Positions 1-13,200 are shown, numbered from the stretch's first letter. The stretch: DNA of 64,000 nt from Geosiphon pyriformis uo1 (GCA_016748015.1 JAAOMT010000239.1:609554-673553); one strand, 5' to 3'. The notes: generated by a model not told the origin, from the sequence alone. A program made the numbers and translations.

Positions 1-3000
1 CCAGTTTATCCATGGCCTATGCAGCAGTATCTTGCAACATATATATCTGTTGCATCCTGGCATGCTTCAAAACACAGTCACACACGCCAAAGATTTTGAA
101 TCTGCTGAGTCAGAGGCTAACCATGCCTAAGCTGTTAATCTAATAATGAATAGATCATCTGAATTGGATTCTAAATTGGAGAAGTTCAGTGAATTAATCA
201 ATAAGAGATTGGAAGGATACTTAACTGACAATCACACCATTTATCAGCCTCCACAATGACACAATAACCAAGGACATTCTAATCATGGCCAAAATCAACC
301 GTGTCCATCTTTATCAACCAATCAACAGTGGCAACAAAAAATGCGTATCTGCCACTATTGTGGTAACCAAGGACATATCCAAATTGACTGTTATCAGCAT
401 TTAAATAACCAACGATCGGAAAATCAATATCGAAACCCTGATCACTGGTTCCAAACTCCAAATCATTATCCAAATCAAAGTCAAGACCAATATTGGAATA
501 ATTACCTGCCAATAACACAGCAACCAATCTATCAACTGCCAGTATATCAACCTCCAATTTATCAACCGCAGCCACAAGTAATATATCAACCACAGCCACA
601 AATTATTTATCAACCCCAACCAATTCAAACACCACTTCAGAATCCAGCTCAAATGACATCAGACAACCCTCAATCCAGAGTCACTCAAAACTGGAGATCG
701 GCGATAGTTGTTCACCAACCAATTCCCCATTCACTAGACTTACCATTAAGATCACGCACCTAGAATTTGAATACCAGTCGCGTCCAAAACCCAAATTCCC
801 AACATTATTTAAGTCTCCTGGTTACCCCAGAAAATGCCACATCCAACAACACAGAATCCAATTAGCATATACCTACCAACACAATTCTACTGGCAACCAT
901 CTCTAGCGACAAATCCCTAGCAGCCATCTTTCTTTTCAAACTCGAAGAAAACACACCAATACTATTATTTAGTGGAGCCACCCTCAAAGAGAAACCCATA
1001 ACAGCAATATACATGGATGTCAGAGTTGATGGTCACCCCATCAAACTCATCCTAAATAGTGGATCAGCTGGCAGTATAATCACACGAAAACTCATAGATC
1101 AATTAGGTCACCAAGTTGATTGAGCTGCCAGCACCAGAATCATCACAGCCAATGGAGCGACCAAAACTCCAATCAGTGAAATCGACGAGTTTCCTTTTGA
1201 AGTCAATGGCATCATGACTCCCATTAAAGTTCTAGTAATGGAAGCCACTCAATACCAAGCTCTCGTTGGTAATGACTGGCTATCCAAAGTTAATGCAACG
1301 TTAAACTGGAACACCCAAGAACTCTAGCTAACGTATTAGGGCCAACACATAGGTGTTCTGGCCATGTGTGGCCACTTCAAAATGCCTCCAAGAAAAAAAC
1401 TATGGATTGAACTGGAGGAGGAGAAAGAAAAGCCTATCTGGGAAGCCTACCAAGTATTGTGGGCTAATGAAGAGCACAACGAGCTGCCGCCAATACTCTC
1501 CTGGGATAACAACAACAAGAAAAAAGGGAAACAAAAGGAAGAACTTACCTGGGAAACTGATGACCTGACATGGATCGACAACGATGAGAGTGAACTGACT
1601 TCAAGCTGGGAATGAGAAGAAGACAAAGAAAATAAAGAGAAAAGAAAAAAAAAAGAGACCACCCAAACCACTATCACTTATAACACCCACACTATACCAC
1701 AACAATCTACCTATCGTCGACCTAAGCTTATATGCATTGATTGTGGTAAGAAATTGTCATCAATGGGCACATGCTGTGGCGACGATGAGGAATACCACAT
1801 CACAACAAAATTCTACTGTCATCTATGCTTATTCAAACGCTTTGGATGACCAAAAAGACAAGAAAAATGGGATAACCAACCTTGTCTCACTTGTGGGGAG
1901 ACCCTGCTAGATGAAAGGATGTGGAATGACATTCCAGGATGTGGAGGAACGTGCGACGTATCATGTCAATACATGATTCTAATAAGTGACTGGGTAAGGA
2001 AAAAAACCCCAATGAAAGCAGCCTGGCAAAAAGCCATACAGTGACTGGACAGTTGTCCACATGATGATGACAAAATTTGGCAAATGGCACTTGCCAAAAT
2101 TGAAGGGGCGACGCCAGAAGAGATAAAAGTGATTAAAGACAACTCCCCAGAACCTTTAGAGCTTGACTGGGATGCAGAACCCATCATAAACCTCCTAGAT
2201 CCAGAACAATTCCACAAACACTACCAAGAATTAGCATCCACAAGGGAAGAATAAGAACAATGGTTAGAGCAGTTAAATGCTCGACTATGTCAACACTGCC
2301 TAATTCCCTGTGACTTCCAGTATTGTGATGAGTGTAACCTCATTTACAATCCACCACCACGCATGATCTATTTGATCTCTGAAGAAAAAGAACCAATCAG
2401 CAGCTGTGCATCAGAATCAGAATTGCCAATCAATCGTGATTCAAACTCCGACGATGACGACAATAACAATAGTTCAAGCTCTGTTCAAATTGGCAATAAT
2501 GACAAAAACGATTTAGACTCAGATTCAAAACCCGATGTAAACTATGAACAATACATTGCACTACCAGATCTCTCCAAGAAATAAGAGTTGAAATGGTATA
2601 GTGACAATGGGGAAGGTATTATGCCAGAATATGCACATAACATGGATGCAGGGTTTGATCTGAGATATCCAGGAAAAGATGCCATCAAATTAGAACTGTA
2701 TTCACACACCTGCATTGATCTGAAAATAGCACTAGAAATTCCAGCAACAACAATGATTCAATTAGCATCTAGGAGTAGTTTAGCGAAAAGAGGGATCAAT
2801 ATAAGAGAAGGAATAATTGACGCAGGATATATAGAAAATATCATTGCTATGCTACAAAATGACTCAGAAAAGGCCTATATAATAGAGCCCAATAAAAAGA
2901 TAGCACAGGCAACATTCCTGTCTCTGATTAGAGTAGCTCAGTTAGTGTCAGTGGGAAAGAAGGAGGAATTGGGAATAACAGCGAGAGAAATACAAGGATT

Positions 3001-4846
3001 TGGATTAACGGGTAGAATAGAGGTACCAGTTAATATGGCGGAGGAAGAAATTGTTGGCCAAGGAGAAATTATCTCAACTGGTCAAGTTATTTCCATTTCA
3101 TCATATAGCCAGTATATGTTAGCAATAGAAAGGAAGGAAAAGGAGCAAGAACAGATTTTTGAAGCAGAAGCAACCCTTTGTGAATCAGGAGAGATTGGGT
3201 TGATCAATCTCCACATACCAGCCAAAAGCTATAGCAGCATAAAAATTCCCATCTACAACAACACTGGCAATGTCATCAACATACCAGAAGGAACCACCAT
3301 TGGATATTTAACCACAGAAATAGAAGACCAACCACCAAACCCCATTCTAGACTTTCCACAACTTTGTGGATATGTTGACATCACATCACAAATAATCTAT
3401 GGACGAGACAAATATTATTTGCTCCAACCAGAACAATTGGAACAAATGAACATGGGAAACTTAGATTCACTTCAATGTATGCAGCTCAAGATGTTACTCA
3501 ACGATTTCAATGACATCTTTGCCAGCAAAAATGAGTTTGGCCAAACTGACATCATCCAGCATTAGATCAAGACTAGAGATACAATGCCAATCAAACAAAG
3601 AGCATACAGAGTGCCACCAGCCAGCCACAAGATTTTTTGTCAAGAAATAAACAGAATGCTTGACAATGGGCTAATTCAACCATCAATGAGTCCATGGTCA
3701 TCACCAATGGTACTCATCCATAAGAAAAATAGAAAAATCCGGTTTTGTGTAGACTACAGGAAACTCAATGGTGTAACTCATGGAGACAGTTATCCAATTC
3801 CATGAATACAGGAATTATTCGATGCTTTCGGTAGGAACAAATGGTTCTCCACATTAGATTTATACAGTGGTTACTGGCAAGTAGCCATAAATCCAGCTAA
3901 CAAGAAGAAAATGACATTTACTACTAGAGAAGGGAATTTCGAATTTGAAGTAATGCCATTTGGCTTAACCAATGCCCCAGCAACTTTCCAACAACTAATA
4001 GAAATCATTTATACTGGCTTATTGTAGAAATCAGTAGTTGTATACTTGGATGACACCAATGTATTCTCAAAGACATTTGATGACTATTTTCATCATCTTC
4101 AACAAGTGTTTGAAAGACTAAGAAGAGCAGGACTAAAGTTAAATATGACAAAATGCTTCTTTGGCAAGACAGAACTCAAATTCTTGGGACACATAGTTAG
4201 CAAAGACAGCATCAAAACGGATCCAGAAAAAATAGAAATAGTAAAGAACTTTCCAGTGCTGACCAATATAACAGAACTGAAATCATTCTTGAGATTTGCC
4301 AGCTACTATTGTCATTTTATCAAGAACTTTTCCAAGATAGCACAGCCACTTAATCAACTGCAAAACAAAAATGCGAAATATGAATGGACAGAAAGTCAAC
4401 AAGAAGCTTTTGATATTCTGAGGAAAAAGCTCATCCAAGCTCCAGTACAAATCTATTCAGATTATAGCAAACCATTCATTATCACCACTGATGCATCTGG
4501 CCAAGCATTGGGAGCAGTATTATTTCAGAGAGGACCAGATAACAGAGAACATCTAGTAGTATATGCCAGCAGAGGTTTAACACCAGCCGAAAAGAACTAT
4601 GGAACACTGGAACAAGAACACTTAGCAATATACTGGGCCATCATGAAATGAAAAAAATACTTGAGCCAGAAGTTTAAAGTATACACAGATCACAAAGGAT
4701 TAACATCACTCCAAAAACAAGAATTTGGAGATGGAAGACGGTCAAGATGGAAAATGGCACTCGCACCATACAATTATACTATACATTACAAAAAGGGAAA
4801 AGACAATGAAAATGCTGACAGTTTATCGTGAATAAGACAAATCTAA
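1..4846 (+). pseudogene. Element A Gag-PR-Cys-rich-dUTPase-RT-RNase H polyprotein remnant
   Basis: CHYCGNQGHIQIDC knuckle at 350-391; protease LILNSGSAGS (D>N) at ~1046; RT motifs PWSSP, RFCVDYRKLN, YLDD; RNase H TDAS; ends ADSLS*IRQI-TAA at 4844-4846. Confidence 0.9.
2588..3320 (+). pseudogene. dut: dUTPase domain followed by a degenerate dUTPase-like domain (element A)
   Basis: Motifs AGFDL, RSS, GIIDAGY, IAQ and REIQGFGLTG, then a second beta-rich unit (IKIPIYNNTG..IPEGTTIG) lacking the catalytic motifs. Confidence 0.9.
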
Positions 4847-4909
4847 GAACATTTCAACCCAAAAATATAATAAAACCAGAACAATACCAATGGAAAAATA
4901 CAACAAAAG

Positions 4910-6290
4910 ATAAACATACAAAAATATCAACAATTGCAACATTATCTAAACACTCAACAATTCAAGGAGAATTTATCTTATACGGAACGAAGGAGTATTA
5001 AACACCAATCAAAATATTTCATCACTTACCAAAATATACTTTATCGGAAAAATAGAAAGGATCTAGATCAAGCAACCAGAGTAATTACGGAGCCAGAAAA
5101 AGAGACAATATTATTCAACATGCACTTAAATCCAATAGCAGGACATTTTTACAAAAAAGCAACCATGAAAAGAACTAGAAAAAGATACTATTGGCCATCA
5201 ATATACCCAGACATCATTCAATATGTTCAAAATTGTGACGCTTGTCAGTGAAGAGAAAGAACAAAACCCAGTAAACCATTAAGACCAATCAAAGTGGAAC
5301 AACCATTTGACCATATGGAAATTGATTTAATAGGACCATTAACAATCACCAGCAGAAGAAACAGATACATAGCAGTAGCTATGGACTATCTTACTAAATG
5401 GCCAGAGGCAAAAGCAATTCAAAGAGTGGATGCAGAATTTGTTGCCAAATTCGTTCATCAGGATTTGATTTGTCAACATGGATGTCCAAAAGAATTATTA
5501 TCAGACCAAGGAACTTATTTTGTGAACAGAACATTAACAGAATTGAGCCAAAGATTCGGAATCAAGAGACCATTATCATCCATACCATCCACAAACCAAT
5601 GGATTAGTAGAAAAATTCAACAGAACATTGTGTAAAGCAATAGCCAAGCTCAGCCAAGAAAACCAAAACAATTGGGATTTGTTCATACCATCAGTACTAT
5701 TTGCTTATCAGACAATGAAACAAGATACTACACAAACAACACCATTTGAATTAGTATATGGGAGAATAGCAACGTTATCAGTAGAGAGAGAAATTAATAC
5801 ATATCCAGCTGAACCAATAACAAAGGAAAATTTTCAAGAAACATTGCTGAGAAAAACATATGACTTAATAGAAACATTGGAAAACAAATGCAGAAGAGCA
5901 GCTGATAATATCCAAAAATCACAAGAAACACAGAAAGAAAGACACAATAGTCAACTACCAGACAAACCAGCTGAATTCAAGATCGGAGACAAAGTATTAC
6001 TACATTATACCAAAGCGGAAAAACAATGGAGTGGAAAATTTAATCCCAAATGGGACGGACCATTTCACATAGAAGAAATTCTAGGAAATGAAGCTTACAA
6101 ATTAAGATTGAATAACAAAATTTTAACCAAAGCAGCACATGGAGATTGACTGAAACCATATCACAACATCACACTACTATCTACCAGTAATATTCCACAA
6201 TTAGAAGTACAGAGAATACTAGTCCAACCAGATAAGATTCCACAAGATCGGGAACCAATCATTATTATCGACAACAACACGTTAAATTGA
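4910..6290 (+). pseudogene. Element A integrase, separate ORF (start ATG decayed to ATA)
   Basis: HHCC (MH..GH..YYWP..CDACQ), core IDLIGP..DYLTKWPEA..LLSDQG, C-terminal WDGPF module; one frameshift and premature stops. Confidence 0.88.
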
Positions 6291-6344
6291 TCCATCAAAA
6301 AAATATATAAAGACATGGTAGATGCAACAGGAAATATCAGAAAA

Positions 6345-6969
6345 ATGGAAATTACAGACAACATTCACTCACTAGTACAACAACTCTTTCAATTAATCCA
6401 ACACCAGGAAATGGAAATTACAATCAATCAACAAACCATTCGATATCAAGATACTAGAAAGATATTTCAATTCAGAACACAAAAGAAAACTGAAAATACT
6501 GTGGACAAAATCATGGCAAAAGTAAAATTAGCAATAAAAGAATCGACAAAAGAGTCACTATATCAAGAGTTGACTAAAGAAACTTGGAATTGGTAGATAC
6601 AACAATTTCCATGAAACTATTGTTATTTTTACTTGGGACAACATGTAAATATCCAGAATCTATATACGGATAAAACAAAGCAATTATTCGACCAAAGAGT
6701 ACTAATTAGAATATTTTGTGGAAAAGAACAACTTATTCACACAAGCCCGAGCCATATACCAAATACACACAGCATTTTAAAATAAACCAGAAATATTGCT
6801 CAACAGAGCAATGGATCTGGTTACCAGTAATCAATTGGGAAAAATCACCAATGCTCAATTTGAAGAATTACAGACCCAAATAACACAAGTAATTCTCGAA
6901 AACAAAATTCAGGAAATACTTCAAAAGAGAGAATTACATGAGTTAGATTTCAACAGAGCTCAATATTAA
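6345..6969 (+). pseudogene. Element A ORF3, ~205-aa protein of unknown function
   Basis: MEITDNIH..ITIN..YCYFYLG..ARAIYQI..LGKIT..F..QIT..DFNRAQY*; aligns by eye with ORF3 of element F (57172-57783). Confidence 0.7.
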
Positions 6970-6982
6970 AAGAAGGAAATAA
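6968..6982 (+). promoter_or_regulatory. Polypurine tract, element A
   Basis: AAAAGAAGGAAATAA directly before the LTR TG. Confidence 0.85.
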
Positions 6983-7867
6983 TGTTACTCATAGAAATAT
7001 AAGAAATATATTAGCATAATTATTAGCCAATCAGAAGTAAGTGTAGTAAATGTGGAATTCCAGGATTTCTCTCAGGAATTACAGGATTCCAGAAATTTTA
7101 GGATTTCCAACAAGGAATTGCAGGATTCCAGAATTGCAGGATTCCTCTTAAAGGAATCATAGGATTTTAGAAATTCCAGGATTCCTGTCATGAAGAATCG
7201 AGGAATTGAGGAATCTCAATTATGTATATATAGCAGTAGTGTTAGAAACAGAAAAAACAGAATTGATACCACAGAATCCTTAACCTAAAAACACAATCAT
7301 CAAATAAATAATTATTTCATATCTTAAATCCACTCCCCACTATTAACCCTTCATGTTGATAGTAATTGATACTTAACCACGCTGGAACAATAGCTCTTGA
7401 TCACGGCTATTGATGGGATACTAATCTGTAAATCGCCTTGGCTTATTTCTTTGCTTTCTTTATTTTTTCTTTTATTTCTTTTTCTTTATTTTATTTTGAT
7501 TTGTTGTTATATACTAATTGATAAAAGATTAAGCACTAAGTTATTAACGTCAAGAATAGCCTGGTAAAAGACCCAGAAATACGGATAGGATTTTATATAT
7601 TATCGGATAGCTTACCAGAAGGGCACAACTGCCAGACTAAATCTGGCCACCATGCTGAGAAAAAAATTGGGAAAGCTCTTGGAAAATATATTTATTATCA
7701 ACACTATTAAATCTCTGTTCATTATACAAAGGACTCAACCAAAACCTTCAGATCCATCAAAATCTTCAGATACAGCACCTTCAGAACAGCCTCAATGGAA
7801 GTAGCTTTTAAGTACCAAGTTACAGGTTTGTTATTTAATTCAACAGCAGAAATATTCACCTGTAACA
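6983..7867 (+). repeat. 3' LTR of element A (LTR family A, ~885 bp)
   Basis: TGTTACTC..TGTAACA; homologous to 26110-26970, 53497-54376 (minus) and 58589-59465; GGAATT/GGATTCC array followed by TGTATATATAG TATA box. Confidence 0.93.
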
Positions 7868-8561
7868 GTAGTTTTCCAAAATTGCAATTTCATCAATTTT
7901 TTTTTTAGCATAGTGGCCAGTTTATTTTAACAGTTATGCTTTTTTGATAAGCTATCTATAAATTCTTTAAACTTTATACTCTTCTTTTGGGATCTTTTAT
8001 CAAACTATTTTTAATGTCAATTACTTAGTGCTTAATCTTTTTTAATCAATTAGTAAATTAACAAACAACAAAAAAAGAATAAAAATAAAAATAAAAAATA
8101 AGAATTAATATTTTGTTAATAACTGTAATCAAGAGTTATTGTTCTAATGTAGTTAAGTATTAGCTATTATCAACATAAATTGTTAATAGTGAAAAGATAA
8201 ATTGTTATAGGAATAAATATTTTTATTAATATTTGATATTTTTACTTTAAGTCATAGAATACTATCATATAAAAGAATAGATATATAATTAGAACTGGAG
8301 ATTTTAAAACTAAAGATTCTGTCTTTTCTGTTTCTAACACTACTGCTATATATACATAAATTTTATTGTATGAGATTTCTTGAATTTCTTAATTTTTTAG
8401 CCAGAAATCCTGGAATCTTGCAATTTTTTATACAAAAATCTTGCAATTCTGGAATTCTGCAATTCTTCTGAAAAGAATCCTGGAATTCTACTTTTTGCTA
8501 TGTTTATTTTGATTAGCTATATTATGTACTAATATATAATTTCTATATTTTATAAGTAATA
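7868..8561 (-). repeat. Older family-A LTR, inverted, interrupted by element A
   Basis: Reverse complement of roughly the first 700 bp of LTR-A; terminus AGTAATA at 8555-8561; more AT-decayed. Confidence 0.85.
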
Positions 8562-8760
8562 CTATCATTAAAAATTTCTATAGTGAGCTACTACAATATA
8601 TTAGTCTTCCACAAAATTATAGTTTTGTTTTAATAATCATAGAAATAAATCATAAGATTGAAACTTATATCAAATAAAAATTTTTTATTATTTTTGTTGA
8701 CAAAAAAAAAGTAATATTATAAACTTTAGCAAAACTCCAAGAAAAATAGTTTGGGTTTTG
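8562..8760 (+). pseudogene. Decayed gag N-terminal fragment
   Basis: AAATTTCTATAGTGAGCTACTACAATATATTAGTCTTCC resembles element B gag at ~27218. Confidence 0.5.
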
Positions 8761-9239
8761 GAAAATGTCAAGTACAAAAATTAAAGAATAGGTTTTTAAA
8801 ATATATTTTATTTTTGAATTGTACTAAATAAGGATGAATCTAAAATAAGATAATTTTTTTTAAAAAGAAAAGCTTTTCTTTTATACAACTTGTTGTAATA
8901 CTAGTTTATGAACTTGAATTTTTTTTTGTTTTAATTTCAACAAACTAAAGATATATTTTGACAAACTATAAATTATTTCTACAAACTATAAATAATTTTG
9001 GTAAATTATTAATATATTTTGTAAATTTCTACAAATTTCGGCAAATTCTTGAATGTTACAGAATTTAGAGTATTGCATAATCTGATTATTACAATTGTGT
9101 ATTGTACAAATTGAATTATTAATTGGATAATAATATTTGATAATTTGATTAATTTATAAGTAATAATATATACTAATTAATAATAGAAATTATAAAAGTA
9201 ATTTTATGTTAATTAATAGCTAAAATTTTATTAGTAATA
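8761..9239 (-). repeat. Decayed partial family-B LTR
   Basis: Matches 49900-50322 (CTTTTATACAACTTG..TTTATGAACTTGAA); decayed terminus TAGTAATA; left boundary approximate. Confidence 0.75.
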
Positions 9240-9511
9240 ATGTAAAGAATAACTTGGTAAAAAACTCATAAAAAAATAGTAAAAAAACTTAAGAATAGCT
9301 TACCAAAAAAGCATGATTTTTAGAATAAATTAGTCATGTTAAAAACAAAAATTAAAGAAAACTATTAATTAAATCTTTGTTCATTATACAAAAAATTTAA
9401 CCAAAATTTTTAGACTTCAAAACCTTTAGAAATTATTATTAGACTTAATTATTAAGCACCAAGTTATAGGTTTATTATTTGTTTTAATATCTCAAATAAT
9501 TATCTGTAATA
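9240..9511 (+). repeat. Decayed 3' part of a family-A LTR
   Basis: TTCATTATACAAAA..AGCACCAAGTTATAGGTTT..TGTAATA matches the LTR-A 3' end. Confidence 0.7.
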
Positions 9512-10117
9512 ATATCTTTACTTAATCAATTTTTCAAGTTATCTGATTTTAAAAATTAAGCTAACTAGATTAAAACTAAATTGTTTGTTTTTTTTCTGTT
9601 TTTTAATACTGTTTTTAATGATATTTAAGAGATTATTACTTGTTATTAAAGATTTTTTGAATAAATAACTTTTATTTTAATATCTAATATTATATTCAAT
9701 ATTAAATTAGTCTTAATTAATTTTTTGTTTCATTTATTATTTGGTTTATTAAACTTAAATCTGTTTTCAAGAACAATATTAAGCTATTTTGTGTAAATTT
9801 TATTTTTAAAATCTCTTTAATTACTGTTGCCAAAATTTTTATTGGTAATTTTTTTTTCTTAATTATATTTAAGATTGTAAAATTTTTTGTAGTAATTTTT
9901 GCTTTTTTTTTGTCTATTTTTATTGCACTTTAAGATATCTCTCTTAACATATTTTTCAATAACATTAAAAATATTTTTAATGTTTTTGGTGCTATTATTT
10001 TAGTAAAATTAAAGTCTGTTGACTTGTAATAATATATTATTATTATTTTTAAGTACTTTTTTTGTTATTGCTGCTCTTAATAATTGGTTTGTATTAATTA
10101 AAAAAATAATATTTGGA
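9512..10117 (+). mobile_element. Heavily decayed LINE ORF1 relic (target of the minus-strand LINE; resumes at ~16910)
   Basis: Collinear similarity to 25600-26030; the continuation after ~16910 matches 26025-26109. Confidence 0.55.
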
Positions 10118-10258
10118 TTTTTTTTTTTTTTTTTAATGCAATTAACAAGTGAAGTCCAACTACTATCTAGCACATAGAGCCAAACTAAGAGATTCAAACT
10201 AAATGCAGCTCACACACTTTCTACATGTGGCTAGCCACTCAGGCCAGACAAGACAATA

Positions 10259-13200
10259 CTACACATCTAAAACAACACGCGGACTACCATCTAAACCAGA
10301 AAAAAAAAAGCAAGACCTACAACAACCAAAACTAACAGCAAAAGAGCCAATGATACCAAGCATTCTCACTACCTTGCCGGACAACAAAGAACTTGCACAC
10401 TAAGACAAACCAGAAACCAACGCGTCATCACCAACCAAACCTGCCACTTCCATTTTCACTCTGTATGCAGACCTCACCAACCAGGCTTTAGAGCAATACA
10501 ACTCAACAAAATGCCCAACAAAATCAATAACAGCACTAATGGTTTTCTTTTTACTATCAAAAATCTCCATAGTCTCCACACACCAATTCTTTAGCACAAA
10601 CCCCTTACATAGAATGGAATACAAACCAACATCCAAAAAACACCGATCAAGAGATCACAAAACAGCAGAAGACAACAAGCTACAAGATCCAGCTAAGGAC
10701 ATCCAGTCAGCAGAAGCCACAGCCAAAATCTCCTTCTGAATCTCTGCATTATGGAAACACGTGAAAACATGATCTGACAACTCCATTTCACAACACAACA
10801 AACACAGCACATCAGGGTAACATTTATTATATAGCTGTTTCCTTACTGCCACAGGAAGCTAATGGTGTACAGCTTTTATTAAATAAGTGCGAAAACAGGA
10901 AGACCTCTGACTAATAAAACCAGCAAACATATGTAAATCAGGATGCCACACCCTAATGGTAGCATCCCAATCAATAATCTCAACCAACCAGATAGGAATT
11001 ATGTCTTAACCAGAGCCTGCCTCCCACCAAGCATGGCAAATGAACCTATACAAATTCTGAACAAAATAACAAGCATTGCCAGACATAAGTGTGTTCTCAG
11101 CAACCAAAAAATGCTCATGGACACCAACAGACAAAGAAAACTGAGAGAAAGCGGCATCTCCAGCAGCTGCATCTGCTCTAACATTGCCATGAACTTCAGA
11201 ATGTTCTTTAACCTTGACCCATTGTACAAAAAGATTTTTGTCATGAACCAAATTAAAAATCCGGTGCCTCTCTAACCAACACGAGGAGCGGAAATTAGGC
11301 ACAGATAATAACATCTCAGAAATGCATGCATCAATGGCCGTCTGACTATCAGAATGCAATACTACAGTACAAGAAGAAGAAACACACTCCAATGCCAAAG
11401 CAATGGCCTGCAGTTCGGCCATAATAGAAGACAACAGCCCAAAAACCCTAATGCCAACACCTAAATCAAGAGCAAAAAAATAAGCAGCTGCTTCACTGAC
11501 AACATTAGCACAACCATAATTCCTAACAGAACCATCCGTAAAAGCTTCAAAAGAACCAGACCAAATCCTATGCAACTCATCTTGAACAACAGAAAACTCT
11601 TCGGTATCCAAGACACTCAAACCAGAAAAACAAGTAGATCCCACAGAGGCAGCCAAGAAAGTGCCCCCACCACAAAGAAACTCAGATACCACCCTAAACC
11701 AGCGAGAAGCAGGACTCCTTGGATCTAGTCTTTTCCAATGCCTAAAAGTCTCCCAACTCATAACACACCCTTTTTTATCGAACAGTTTATCACCAAAAGC
11801 CACACCAAACTACTTCAATAAATGAACAGAATCGAAAAATAGAGAACCCCCCAGAATAGAAGACACAGGAAAACAACCAGGACTACAGAATGCATTGGGC
11901 AAATTATTGGCCAGAGACAGCTCATTACACAGAAAAATTCTAACCAAACCGGCCAGAAAATTGTTTACAGGACTAATACACAACCTAACAGAAAACTGTA
12001 AAGGATTCAGAAGAGACCACCCCAGAACCTGCAAATCAAAAAACCTGCTCAAACAAACATCCAAGAATACCAAAAGAATTGGAAAATGAGATCAAGGCAG
12101 CCAACTTTCCTTTGGACTGCACCTGCTCAAAAGATTTTAGACCATACAAAGAGGAATAAGACAAAGCCTCGGTGAAGAAATCATGAGCCAAACCAACTTT
12201 GGACTTAAGACCCTTTCTCAACATCACATTCCATTTGCAACATACAAATGATGAAACAAAGCTGAACTGAGTGTGATAGCTGACAATAGGCTGCAGAACA
12301 GCCGACACCAAATACAAGAACTGTTTATTGGTAATAGTCTTTCTAAGAACCACATTAGAAAAAAAACGTACATCAAAATGTGCCTTGGCCAGACTTGGCT
12401 TTGAAAGCCTGTCAGTAGACAAAAAGATCCCCAGATAATGATGAGTCTTACCCTTCTTAGCAATTGAGATGGGAAGACCACTAATACACAAAGACACAAC
12501 CTTAACACCCTGGTTGATTAGAATGACCACAGTCTTTTCGTTGTTGATAGAAATGTCATTAAGAGCAAAAAACCCACTTGCAATGTCCAAAATATTCTGA
12601 GTAGCAGTTCAACAATTCTCAATCCAGATTGTATCATCAACAAAAGCACCAGCCACAAAATAAAAAGAAAATCCACTACTGTCCCCAATATGGCTAGATT
12701 TCAAAACAAACTTGGAATTCAACTGGTATCCAAAAAATTGTTTGTGCTTTTTAATCTCACACAGAAGTGGATTATAAAAAATCCTTCACAAGAGAGGTGA
12801 GAAAACCTTACCCTGATCCAGCCCATCACACACCACATAACCATTTGAGAGTCCAAAGTCAGTCATAACCCTGTTAACTCTATTCTCATGGATGTTAGCA
12901 AAAAATGACACAAATTTCTCACATATCTTAACACACTGCAGGCTTGCTCTTAAGTGGTGTCATCCAACTGAGTCGTATGCTTTGTGCATATCCTACAAGA
13001 CTAACCAAACCTCCCTGTTCTTCTCAAGAGCATCCTTGACCACAGACCTAATTGCAAACACCAAAGATTGCATAGAAGTACCTTTCAGCACCAAAAAATT
13101 ATTACCTCGAAGAACACCAAATTTGCTGCATGCCAAAGAAATACGATCTGACAAAATCTTAGAGAAAATTTTCCTAGCCGTCTCGATCAAAGCAATGAGT

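Larger units (their letters stand above)
1..7867 (+). mobile_element. Ty3/gypsy LTR retrotransposon, element A (5' part outside window), degenerate
   Basis: Order: Gag zinc knuckle, protease, Cys-rich domain, dUTPase, RT, RNase H, integrase, ORF3, PPT, 3' LTR (TGTTA..TAACA). Many in-frame stops from C>T/G>A changes. Confidence 0.95.

Noticed and set aside
6060-6290. Chromodomain at the integrase C-terminus
   Set aside because: After the GPF module there is only a short tail ending EPIIII(D/E); no chromodomain pattern seen.
6345-6969. ORF3 as a retroviral env gene
   Set aside because: Too short; no signal peptide, furin site or transmembrane helix visible.
10205-10250. Hammerhead ribozyme (CUGA...GAAA) in the LINE 3' UTR
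   Set aside because: Lacks the CUGAnGA core spacing, and I could not build stems I and III.
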